A stretch of DNA of 64,000 nucleotides from Guillardia theta CCMP2712 (taxonomy: Eukaryota > Protista > Cryptophyta): contig NW_005434669.1 of NCBI RefSeq assembly GCF_000315625.1, positions 531,238 through 595,237 of the forward strand, in the 5' to 3' direction. Of the stretch, positions 37,076 through 49,328 are shown one piece after another. The notes under the pieces are model-generated. The model made no database searches and was not told the DNA's origin. It saw only the letters and a program-made list of their open reading frames with translations. The position numbers and the translations under genes are program-made. Each line of letters begins with the position of its first letter. Within the stretch, counting starts at the first letter, position 1.

Positions 37076-39789
37076 CATGTCCACCAAATTGATCGACGTC
37101 GTGGAGGTGGCAGAAGGGGAAAGCCTCGTTGCACATCAAAAGGGAGGCTATGAAGCTGAAAAGGCGCTGGAAAACATGTAAGTTTCTGATCTGCAAGTTG
37201 GCTACATCCCAGAAATTGATCATTGATGTTCTGTCTCAGTTTTAGAATTACTTGTCAGCCATTGACGGTAGGAAAGATCAATGGGAAAGTAATTACGTCA
37301 ACGTCCTTGCTGGGAAAGGATGCTAACCATGAAGGGGCAACGTTCACTGCAAAAATGCAACCAAAAATTACTGCAGGAGATGACATGGAATTGTTCTTCA
37401 GTTGTAGGTCAGCAGTTCGAACCTCAGGTCGTTTCCGAGACTGAAACATTTTGTAGCAATTTGGTCCAACTTTGGCATATCAAGGCTTATAGACAACCCA
37501 AGATGCTAGTAAATCCAAACCCGTTTGTGAGAAATTAAAAATATGTCAGATTGTCGTCTGATTGACTTTTGTATGGGCAGCTGATTGTTAAGGAGAAGCT
37601 TGATAGTGGAAAATGGCAAGAGATTGGAAGAACCGAGTCTGCAGCAAACACTTGTCATCCAACCTTCTCTCGATCTGTTCTCGTTCGATACAAAGGGTTT
37701 GGGGTACAACAGCAGCTCATGGTACAAGCCCTGAGTTACGCCAAGAATATCAAGAACGGTATTGTAGAGAAAGAATTGAAAACATACTCTTGACCTGTGA
37801 AATCGTAGGAATTCATCTCGGTGAATGCGTTTTTCTTCTCGATGACCTTGTAAATTCCAGGACTGCAAGAGTTATGAAACTCCCTTTTCTATCAGCAGAT
37901 CAGGCGAAGAACACAGGCTTCTTGACTATCAACGGCTCTCACCATGATGTCGTTGAAGATGGAGTCTGGGTGACCCTAAACATTCGAGCTGAAAATTTGC
38001 TTCGACCCCGACGAAGTCTTGCAAGGAAGAAAGATGACCTTCCAAACACTTTCTTCGAAATCTGGAGACATAGTATTGAAGGCGAAAAGCAGGTTTGTGA
38101 AATCAAGTTCATCGTGTATCTCGGCTCACCGTCGCATGCTTCTTATATAGGTCTACAAGTCTGAAACTGTTGCCTGCAAATCAAACCCGATCTGGTGGCC
38201 GATGGCTCTCAATGGAAAGAAGATCCGTGGCTCTTATTCTCCGGATGGTATAAAGACGCTCAGCGACGTTTTGTGGGTCAAACGTTACGCAGGTGTCGTG
38301 TGGTTGCGCTTCTTTGATCAGAAAGAGATGAGTGATCTTCAACATTTCTTTCCTGCTCAACCGCTAGGAGAGGCTAAAATTCACCTCAGTCGACTGAAGA
38401 AGGGCTTGCGGTTGTGATCGTTTCCTCCTGCATGAGACTGACATTGATCGTACAAGCATTCCTATACTAGACAACTGGCCTGAAAATGCCACCAACCCGT
38501 ATGGGATCGAAAATCACGTACCTGAAGATGGACCAGTCCTGATTATCGAAGATTGTAATTCGAATTGCATGGAACAAGCTCGATAGCTCATTTGATTCAG
38601 GCAAATGGCTGCGTCTCAACAAAGGGGCTGTTCTTGAAAACGAATTGAGATATAAAACCGATCTGGTACTATTGAACCCTTTCATATGGAGTTGATCAAC
38701 AAATGTGAATGACATGTATATCTGACGATGCTTTCCTGTGATGTTGCAGGATTACCTCCAAGGGTTGCTGGAAAATCATCAACTGGATGCGGCAATGAGG
38801 GAACAGATCGGCAACTGCATCCTCTTCGTGAAATCGCGATCCATGTCGCCCAGAGAAATGCTCTCCATCGTTGTCTTGGACCTGATTGCTACAACACAGG
38901 TACTGGGCTATACAAGATGCATTAGCAGAAAACAATCAAGCAGACCAAGATTTGTTAGAACGGACAGTGGGCTCAGGAACTAGTTTTGACGCTGTTACCG
39001 TAGCAAGCCATGCTTCTGGTTAGCAGAGACTGAGTGCGACTGGGAACTTTGATAACCATGGATTTTGCAGGTCAAACTTTTGCCATGGATTTTGAGAGTG
39101 CTGAAAGCAAAATAGACGCAATTTCTCCTGTATCTGCACGACAAAAGTGAATGGGGAGGATTTGTGTGAGTGAAGTGATGGAGGCGTTCAGGGTTTCTTC
39201 GTTCAGGGAGAGAATAAGGGAGATAAATATGAGGGCATCCATGCGATCCAGTATGAATGGACAATTTTCCCCGATGGCAAATGATAGTGTTCATTCACAG
39301 TTTCATCCAAGCCCAGCAAAGCAAGCAGCTTCAAGGAGACTGTTGACCTGTCTACAGGTCATGATTTCTGCTTGGGAACGAACGCTCAGTCCTGAGATGT
39401 TTCTTAGATGACAAACAAGTGCCTGAGCAAGTGCCTAAGCTACATCTCAGCTCAGGCATTCTCTCAGCAGCTGTCGCAAAAGACAAACTACAGAAATCAA
39501 ACAGACCAACTAGCGCAAGAGTTAACTTCTCCGCTCCCCAGTATCAGCGATTTATCCGACCTCAAACTGCTCGGGCCAGAATGCAGAAGAATGAAAGTGG
39601 AGGAGCAGCCGGGTAAGGATGTGGACATTGTTTGGTCTCGGGATAACTTCCTTCCAGGAAGCTTTCTTTGTCTTCGGTCCGCCCTTTGTCGGCAAGAACC
39701 TCTTGCGCCTACAGCCATAGAAGCTCGTTGCTGAGCGGAGCAATGACTCCGAACGTGGAGGTTTTGATGTGAGAGCAGCAGATCTCTGA
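37076..39789 (+). CDS. Tandem copine-type C2-domain protein, multi-exon
   Basis: MELFFSC.NL, WQEIGRTE...TCHPTFS (C2A); LNIRAENL, PNTFFEI, VYKSETV..SNPIW (C2B). No copine vWA motif seen. The 3' end is approximate. Confidence 0.7.
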
Positions 39790-39804
39790 GGACACCATTC
39801 GTTG

Positions 39805-41996
39805 TCATAATGCATCTGCAGGTTCCGAGAATCGCTCAGGCCAATCCTCTCTAATTTGATGAGGCAGAGGTCCGATCAGCAGCATCGAGCAGACTTGTTT
39901 CCTGTGAGCCTCTCGTGCGACTGTCTTTCGCTGGTCTGACCTTCCAAACCTCTCACAGACTAGCAGAGCATCTCTCACGCCCTCGGGTAAATTCCGATTT
40001 GTAAGCAAGTATTCATAAAGAATGGAATCTTGATTTTCTTTCATTGGAAGCCACTGCTTCTTGCTGGAAACTAGTTACATCATGAACAATGCTTGTTGAT
40101 AATTGCTGAGAGCAACCATAGCCTGTCCATTGTTGTAATACCGTTGTCATGCGTGGCGGTATTCGTTTCTGAGCACTCGTTTTGGTTGTTGAGTTCTTGT
40201 GTGGGATCTGAGTTTGAGTTTTCTTCAGCCAGAGAGTTTTCCTCTTCAGGAGGCACTTGGAACAGAGTTTGACTGTAATTCCTAACTGACAAGATTCTGG
40301 CACGGCGTGTGAGTTCAAGAACAATCACAGAGCAATCCTATCACCTTTTGCAGACTCCATGCTGTATAGATTTTTGCACAAGAGACTTGGAGGGAATCAT
40401 CTGCCTGGCATACCAAGCCCTCGCTTCGTCTTGAGTTTGCTGTGAAACCACCTAGAGGTAGGTCAGCCATTGAGAGTGCGGGCGGCTGAGAAACGACTTC
40501 TCTGCTTTCTGAATGGAAGCAATTTCCGATCTTGATCTTGATTTCAGTTCAGAAAAATTGTCTGTGGGAATGATGAAAATAACCTTTCCGTTGAACCAAG
40601 AATCCTTGAAGGGACCCAGACTCTGATACTTCTTGTACCACCTATTCAAACGCGAGTAACCAATTCCTGATGACTAGATCACTCATTTCTGCAGCTCAAC
40701 CTCTGAAAGCCACAAGAAATATAATGCAAAATGCATCCATCGACCTGAAAATATCTAAGATGGCATGCGCAGACTACTTGCGAGGACCCACCATTAAGGG
40801 TTCAGGAGGCCTTGAGAAATTTCGGTTGGAACGGACGTCAACGATATAGTTTGAATACTTCAGATCAACGTCGTCAGGAAGATGAAAGGAATGTACTCCT
40901 CGCACTGTAACGCCTTTCAAAAGGCGAACAGCTGACTTCCCATTGTCATATCCCACGAAGAATTGGCCGTTCTGAAGTTCGAACGTCAGAAGAGGAAGTG
41001 TCGGCAGCGCCAGCACCTTATTTTTGCTGGTCCATTCCTTGAGCGTCACCATGGCATCATGCGTCAGAGGAAGGGAAGTAAAATGGCACTTGAACAAGGT
41101 CGCCTCGGCGAAGGCGTTTGTGACCGACAAGTTCTCGGGAACTGCCTCAACATTCTGAGAAAAACCATCACTAGGTAGAGAGAGAGAAGAGAAGAGGCAC
41201 AAGAACCTGATAGGTGATGTGGCCTATCCCCTGTCTCTCCAGACCATCAAAATGTTGAGAAACTAAGTTTGAGCTGCTGGCCATCCGTTGGGAGAAGACG
41301 TCAGCATCCTCGCTGCTATAAGGGAACCACAACTCGTCTGAGTCCAAGTGCAAAATCCATCGTGCGCCAGCCTGCATTGCCCTTGTGATAGCGAGATCTG
41401 CATTGAGCTCTTGCCTTGTACAGTATCAATGTCACACCTGCCATGTCCTCATCCATACTACTTCACCTGGCAGGAACTTCGTCCAAACAAGCCTGCAACC
41501 TCTCCCAGCTCCTACAGATTCGCCGCTGCTCCTCCCTGAGCTCGTCGTTTGAGAAGCTCTTGAAGACCCGGCCTCGGAATTCGAGCTCATCTATCATCTG
41601 AGATCGAACCATCATCTCATCGCATCGCATCAAGCAATCGTTCGTATACTCTGACAGTCTCCTCGTCAGCCCCCTGAGCTCCTTCGGAGAAATCAAAAAA
41701 CACCCAGATGAACTCAAATCCGAGATGCAGGTGCCACGTCAGGAAGAACCTCAACTCCTACACCAGGTTTCGAGGCTCAGCGGTTGGATCGATTGGTCGA
41801 GTTACCTTTGCATCTACTCCACGGACTGTGGTAACAACAGCACACTTGGAGCCGGCCTGGTCTGCACTGGATTCCATCGAGAGCTGATGTGCAACGAGGC
41901 TAGAGACAAAGATAATGGAAACCAAGTCTTCTTGCTCAAGGAATGCTCTTGCCCCACTGTAGCAGCCCTGCCTTTATCTCTCCCCCTCCTTCGCAT
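39805..41996 (-). CDS. GT-A glycosyltransferase-like protein resembling plant KOBITO1/ELD1, multi-exon
   Basis: WILHLDSDELW, NVEAVPE, FFVGYDNGKSAVR, GVHSF, ILHY, WYKKY. Confidence 0.72.
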
Positions 41997-42172
41997 TTCA
42001 GTCGGTGCTCAGCCATTTTCTTGGTCGGGTGTTTGTACCGTTTCTAATCCGTTACGCAATATGGGCGGGGATGTGGTTTGATTCAGTTGTCAAGCCATTG
42101 AGACGGTTCAACGGCCCACCGTGGCACTGGCGATCGGATGGCGAATTTTATGGGGTAAGAACGAAAATGATT

Positions 42173-42272
42173 GAGATGAGACGAGACGAGACGAGACGAG
42201 ACGAGACGAGATGAGATGAGATGAGATGAGATGAGATGAGATGAGATGAGATGAGATGAGATGAGATGAGAC
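42173..42272 (+). repeat. (GAGAY)n pentanucleotide microsatellite, ~20 units, with a degenerate tail to ~42375
   Basis: Directly visible GAGAC/GAGAT units. Confidence 0.95.
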
Positions 42273-42389
42273 AAGACGAGAGGGACGAGATGAGATGATC
42301 AGAGAGATCATACCGCATGATCAGATTAGAAAGAATATCATACTATGATCAGATCATATAAGGTCCAGTCAGATTAGTTGAGGGTCAGT

Positions 42390-43408
42390 ATGTCTGCCAC
42401 TCTGACTAAAAGTTTACAAAAACAAACCTTTTTTTTTGCCTGAACAGAGCATGATTTTATTTGCAAGGTCGTCAAGGCATAAGTATTTGATGAGAGAGCT
42501 CGGACTGATTGCAGAGGAAACGCAACTAAAAGCTTCATATTCTAAGAAAGACAGGGCAAAATCATCAACTCTCAATGCAGCATTGCAAGATGCTGGGACA
42601 CGAGCCGTAATTGAGACAATGATCCAGCAAAAAACCTTGAAGGAAAGGCAGGAGGAGGAAGTTGATGCGTTGTGTAGATTACTCCACAATTTGAAACAAA
42701 CACATCGTCAGCCATTAGATCTCAGACTGGAAAGTCCAAAAGGAGTCGACACAAACTCGTTTGTGAGGTTTGAACGCTGAAAGCATTTCTTGTGGTGAAT
42801 TGCATAAAGGATTATCTCGCAGGTCGGATGCTCATCGACGTCTGCTTGACGAGATAGGATTCTTGGACAAGATCTCCACCAATGTGAATGATGGTAGCGA
42901 CGAGTCTCTCAAGAGCCTGCTCGCTCAGATAGCACGTCGACTCGATGCACTGGAAGACAACAAGGCAGAGAACGAGATGTCAAAACGAATGCATGACCTG
43001 GAGTCGAGGTTGGCACAACTTGAATTATTGCAAGCTACTCCTCAACAGTTCGTTCCACGTGAGGTTGTGAATTCCTCAGATTTGAGCATTCACCAACTGA
43101 ACGAATTGAGAGATTCACTATCTAATGAGATCGAAGGTATCAAAGGAAGATTGGATGGTGTGATGAAGGAGATAGAAGCGCTCAAAGCTGCAAAAAGCAA
43201 CCTTGAAACCACACAGCTCATTCAGGACGAGGTCTCAAGCATCAAAAGCAGAATGGCAGAGCTCGACAAGTCGCTCACAGGCGCTAAGGATCCTTCGTCT
43301 CCTGCCGAGGGTGATCTGGAAAGGATCTGGATTCGAGGCTACGGCTACACTGAAGCCAGGCTCTTCCCTCTTGGACGATCGATCAACAAATCCGATGAAG
43401 AGAGGTGA
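42390..43408 (+). CDS. Hypothetical coiled-coil protein, multi-exon
   Basis: Heptad-rich ORFs 42436-42780 and 42770-43408 linked by a short intron. Confidence 0.6.
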
Positions 43409-43499
43409 GACGGGGACTAAGAGATAAGGAGATCTTAAAGAAAGGAGATCGGAGCTGGTTAGTTTTTTTGTAGACAATTTCATGTCGGCTTTGCACACA

Positions 43500-46182
43500 T
43501 CACTGTTGACTGCAAAGGGTGTGAACAAACGTTTGGAGACAACCTTGAAGCACCTTTGCACCATAAGGATCGAAGTATCGCAAAAGCTTCTTGTCCTTGT
43601 CTGCTCTTTCTTCCCAGTAGTCGTTGGGAGATTGCTTCTGACCTGAAGTTTCCATCAAGTCATTCAAGGTCTACGAGTCAGGATCACTCTGTACCTGGTG
43701 CTGGAGGTAGCTTCGGCGGCTCCATAGCCACTATCCCAACGTTTGATCCTTTGTTCTTACATGTTGCCCCTGTTAGCAGCTTGAGTTGTTGCCTCCATGC
43801 TTGCCGCTCAAATTCAGCGGACCTGGAGGGAGTCCGAAGATGCTGGGGCCTTGCGTGTACGTGGGGCCGTATCCTCCCACGTTGAGATCCCAACAGTCAA
43901 CCTGTATCTCCTCTCACTCATCTGCTCGTTATGATCAGCATGACCTTTGCCCTGTCCAGCTTTGCGTCCGCAGCATTGGAGATTAGGGCCATGGAGCAAC
44001 CTTCTGCCAGGTTGATGTTGCAAGCCGAATAGTCGTATTCTCTCCTGTCGGAGTCGGTAGGGCAGTTGAACTCAACCTCCAGAGGACATCTTCTAACGAC
44101 GTCCATGCAAACCTGACCAGCCTCGTCCGTAAGAAACCATTCAAGCAAGTCAGGACGTCAAGGCACCGGGAAACAAGTCTTCAAGACGCAGAAATCTAAT
44201 GCAAAATCTCTTGTCTTGGTAAAGTTGAAGATACAACTTCAAAGCATCAGAGCTGTAATTGTGTATGCTTGTGTCAGACTGACACGTTCTTACCCTGAAG
44301 CCTCGATTGCTTGAGTTGCCAGCTTTGCATTTCTTCCCACCAGAGCTGTGGATGCAACTGCTTCCTGTTATTGAGAGCACACGTAAGCAAGTGAAGGGTG
44401 GTGAACATGAAGTCAAACGCATCACATCATACGATGACCCTGTGCGATACGTGCAGGTATGATTGATTTGTCCGGATGACGAATTTCCGGAAACCAACTC
44501 ATATACTCTCCAGGTTTCACCAGTTCCAACAAGCGAGATGTCAAACCTGAAATATGTCTTTGACCACAGAATTCAAATCAATCATTGCATACCCATTTCG
44601 TGGGCAGCAGGCATAATTTGAATCGGGGAGTTTGGGATTCCCCGCACTGTCAAAGAGATTTTTTGCCGTCTAATAAAAAGTTCATTGGTTGCTTGGCACA
44701 GCAACTTTCTCACCGGTGATGCAAATGAAGGATCGATTGGAATACACTGTTCAGAATCTGCACATCTTGTTCCACCCCTGTGGTATTGTCAGAAATCGCA
44801 TAGTGTGGAACATTCCACGACATGAATTGCTTGGGTAACGTGACCAGCCCGGGGTACTTGACCAACTCACAAGCTTTCCCTAGTCTTTGTTTTGGATTCT
44901 GACTATCTCTGAATTAACAAAAATCGTTATGTGGGAATTAAATCTCACGAGTTTCGAATTCGCAAACCTGCATTTTCCCCTCACGATGTCGTTGAGGTAG
45001 ATTCTGTATTTGTCAGAAGCTGTCGGAAGTCCGGGACTGGTCAACGCTGAGCCTGAGGGCAGATTCCAGCTCTTGAACATTGCAATCCTGCCCAATTTGA
45101 TCTATGTAAGTTGTGTTGCGTCGCAATAAACCATTTTACCGCGCATAGCCACTATACTTCTGGATAACAGCCCATTGGCCATTGTATTCACTATCAGAGA
45201 CAATCTCAATGATGCTTCCAACGTAGAAGTCATCCACAGAAGATGAAGTAGCATTGTCCAGATAGACATTTCCTTCGCATGCAGCCTATATGAAGTTATC
45301 AATCTTCTGTCTCTGCAGCAAAAAAGCTCTGTACCTGACCCCCACAGGCAGTTTCAGGGGTCGTTGCTAGATCGTTGAGTGTCTTGTTCGACATTCCATT
45401 GCAAAGCTGCGCTCAACCGGAAGAGAAGTGTGAGCGCATCAACGTGGAGTGACAATACGTCAACCTTGACATAATGTGGTTTAGCTGCTGCTGCTTCCTT
45501 CCGAGCGTTGTCATCCGTCTGCGTAGATTTCCTATCAGAGATGGCATCTTGTTTGCTGTCAAATATCACCATGGAAGCAGGAGGATATGGACATGTGACA
45601 GCATATGCGCCTGGAGCTTGCCCTCCATGAACTGTTCCCTCTTCTATTCTTTCCGTCCCTGGAAGATACATCTTTTTGTATATCTGTAGAATCTGATCAG
45701 GGTTATGAAACAAGCAAAGTTGATCTTTCCTGTGAGCACAGCCACCTCTTGTAAGAATCAGTGCAATTTGAGCAAGTCCATATTTTGCTATAAGTCTCGC
45801 AACTGTACATGTTCATGGCACGCTGGAAATTAGTGAACATGTCTATTGCGAATCTGCAAGATTGCTGGTCAAACCACGAGACAACTCCATAACACGACGA
45901 GCGTGGAAAATCCAACCTGTTGTTGCAGGACTGGGGGTCTTGTGCATCGCAGGCAGCAGCATAGTCAACGTAGTCTTGGCAGAAGAAATACCCATCACGC
46001 TTCACCGCATCTTGTACATATTCGTCTTTGCTTCTGCAGAAGACGGAGCTCCCCTGAGCAGCGATGAGCACACTCTTGGCATCGGCTAAGGCTGTTGTCC
46101 ACTCGCTCAGGTAGTCTGCCCTCGCCATGGGCGCTGCCATCCCCATCACCCCCAGTATGGCGATGACCCAGGCTGCTGCCAT
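43500..46182 (-). CDS. Mid1/FAM155(NALF)-like secreted Cys-rich protein with a large internal insertion, multi-exon
   Basis: Signal peptide; FFCQDYVDY..C, YSCETYSKIWTCSNCTDSYKRWLCSQ; after a ~1.5 kb insert KTCFP|VCMDVVRRCPLEVEFNCP...SACN. The 3' end is approximate. Confidence 0.75.
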
Positions 46183-46351
46183 TGTCCCTTGCCCGTTATG
46201 CGCGACTATTCAGTCGTAACCGACACATCATTGACAAATGACCTTTTTTTTTCAGGAGGCGCAGTAGGAAGGGCGACGGGACGGAGAGGAAGGAGAAGCG
46301 AGCTCCTCTTGTGGACATCTTTGAGCTCCTAGCATTGTTTCTTCCCTTGAC

Positions 46352-48741
46352 ATGCCTAGCAACCTGCGACGTTCGTTAGATTTGAAAGGCGTCAAAGCGA
46401 AGTTGATTGTGCGACAGCAATATGACGAGATCCGCTCGCTCATCAACTTGTTTAAAGTCAAAGGGACTGCTGTGTGGCTAGTCTTCAAGTCACCAGCCTA
46501 CTGGCTGATCTGCTTGTCTCATTGGATCGCGTACACTGTCAGGAGCCTCGACGAGTGCTCCAAGGATGACAAAGCAAAAGTTGGCTGTGGAACAGTCGCA
46601 GCAAAATTGAGTAAATATCCCCTTTCTATGAGTGATCTGGCAGTGGTTAATGCACTGTGTTCCTTGTTGGTCGTCTTCTATACAGGCAGTTGTTTTGGTC
46701 GATATTCATCCATTTACAATCAAATCATCGCTCTTCATGGAAAGCTTCACAATATCTCCGTGTACCTGCGAGCATTTTTCCGGCATACAAATCATAGATG
46801 TGAGCGGATTACTTTGATATTGATCAAGATTCTGACTTGAGTTTTTGCAAGGGGCCGTGATGAGATATCTGCTTGCATCGCATGAAATTTTTTATTGGTC
46901 GATCAAAAGGAGATTTTACGACTGGGGAAAGTCAGAGTTTATTGCAAGAAATCCTGGCACATTGAGTGAATTTCTCAATGCTGAAATCATACCTAAAGGA
47001 TTACTCGTCCGTCTTGAGGCTTCTTCTTTGGTTGCATACCCAGGAAATAAACACAAAATACTGCTTTCCTGGAGTATAATTACACTAAAGGTAGCATCTA
47101 GATTTTCTCTGTTTGATATTTAATTCTTCAATTCTTGCAGAGAATCATGCAGGCAGAAGAGCCATCAGGGGAGAAGAATAATATTATGTTGGACTCAGAG
47201 TATGAACAAACAAGTGTCATAACTGCTTTGAAGGAAGAAATCATTAATATCCGTGGCATCTTGTCACAGATCGATAATTCCTTGATGTTTCCTGTGCCAT
47301 TTCCTTACTATCATATCGTCAACTTTGCCATGAAAATTCAGCTTCTTTTCATTTCATATGCCTCGCTATTCATGAACAACGGAAAGGGAAATTTGTGGTC
47401 ATGTTTTTTGTTCCCGGTGACTGCGTATTTGATTCTTGGTTTAGTTGAGGTAAATTGAAAGTGTCATCTAGTTTCTTTTTGAATCTATCGGCAGGTTGCA
47501 AACAATATGGCAGACCCATTTGGGGAGGATGAAAATGATTTCAATCAGGAAGCGATTGTGAAGATACTGTACAACGAATCCAAGGCCATATGTGAACTTC
47601 CACCGGAAGAATTTTTGGTAATCCCTCTAAGCCGTTTCCCCAGTAAAACTCCACTGTAATGACTCAACAATTCAGGACAAACTTGGAAGCAAAGAAAATA
47701 TGCCAACAAGAGGCATTGATGGAGAGTTCTTTGACATTGATGCCTTGAGTTCAAGCGAAATGCATTCCCTGGAATTGCCTGAGATACCTGTCAAAGAAAT
47801 TTCTTGGTCAAAGGTGAGGTTTCTTTGCAAAGCAGGAGCGTGAAGAGAAGCTGGTCAATAGCATTCCGCTGAATTCTTCTGAGTCATTTTGTTGCTAGGC
47901 TGACGTGGATAGAATTTTAAAGGAGAAGGAGGCATTGGAAAATGAGTTGACGCGGAGCGGTATCCCAAAGCTTTCCGAGCAAATTCGATATTTGGTCACT
48001 CAGTCGCCTTGTTTGCATCGTGGATGACATTCAAGGGACAGGTGGAGTCCATAACTTCTCTCACTGAGCAGCAAAGACAAGGGTCCCTACTGCAAGAAAA
48101 GATGGTGGAAAGAGTGAAGAACATCCGACAACAGATGTCCGACCAGGTGTCACTCTTGGTATAGCTACACTGTCATTGACACTCTGATTCAAAGCAATTG
48201 GAGTCGAAGCTGCTGAAAGAAGGCACAGAAAAACTTGAGAACATGACAATTACACATATGAAGCGCGTTGAGAGGATGGAACAAATCAATTTGACAGCAA
48301 TCGAAAAACTGAACAAAACGATGTTACAAATTGAATCAAAGTACAACCAGCAATCGGCAAATCCAGATGTGTTTGGCTTCACTCTTGCGAATAAAGTATC
48401 ATGGGATGGAGAGCAACATCTTTTTGTGGAAGAGGTGACACGTGATACGATGCATCCATCAGACTCACTGTGGAGCAGGTGCGACAAGGATCTTCTGCTC
48501 ACCGTGCGGGGCTTATTCGAGGAGATGAATTGACCGCAGTGGATGGAATCAAAGCGACTGAAATGCAATTCTATGAGCTTGTTAATTACGTGTCTGAGAA
48601 GGCATCAAACGAAATTGTAATCGACGTTGTCAAAGGTATTGACAACTCGAAGCAATCTATCAAACTCCGGAAGTAAACAAACTTGTCATTGTGCTGCTTC
48701 ATTTGTGCTGTCGCGACTTGACAACCTTCAGCCGAAGCTGA
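46352..48741 (+). CDS. Bestrophin-family anion channel fused to a coiled coil and C-terminal PDZ domain, multi-exon
   Basis: SLLVVFYTGSCFGRY, PVPFPYYHIV, LGLVE|VANNMADPFGEDENDF (Ca clasp); then VFGFTL..VEQVRQGSSAHRAGLIRGDELTAVDG (PDZ). Confidence 0.85.
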
Positions 48742-49000
48742 TGGGTTGCAGCCGGGTCGATGACTCTTGAGTACCGTCGCAAGGCAGCACAGGAACCAAT
48801 TAACCATACCACTGCTGCCTTTCTCCATCTAATCTAGATGCTTTGAGGTGGGCTCGAGCCCTTCGCCTTGCTTAGGCGCCGGAAGATCCAGGGGCCGACT
48901 CCGACTACAGCGACGAGTAGAAACACAAAAGAGAGGACAAGGGAGGAGGAGAGTTCAGGCGCGAGGAGGAGAGTTCAGGAGGAGAAAGGGAAGATATGAC

Positions 49001-49245
49001 GAGACGAGACGAGACGAGATGAGATGAGACGAGACGAGATGAGATGAGATGAGACGAGATGAGACGAGATGAGACGAGATGAGACGAGATGAGACGAGAT
49101 GAGACGAGACGAGATGAGATGAGATGAGACGAGACGAGACGAGATGAGATGAGATGAGATGAGATGAGACGAGACGAGATGAGACGAGATGAGACGAGAT
49201 GAGACGAGATGAGACGAGATGAGACGAGATGAGACGAGATGAGAT
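49001..49245 (+). repeat. (GAGAY)n pentanucleotide microsatellite, ~49 units
   Basis: Directly visible; includes (GAGACGAGAT)n higher-order stretches. Confidence 0.97.
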
Positions 49246-49328
49246 GAGGATTTAGTGATGCCTGTTCAGACTTTCCTGATCTTAAATCTCCTTGACGAGG
49301 GAGTGACGGCGATCTCTCAGTTGTCAAC

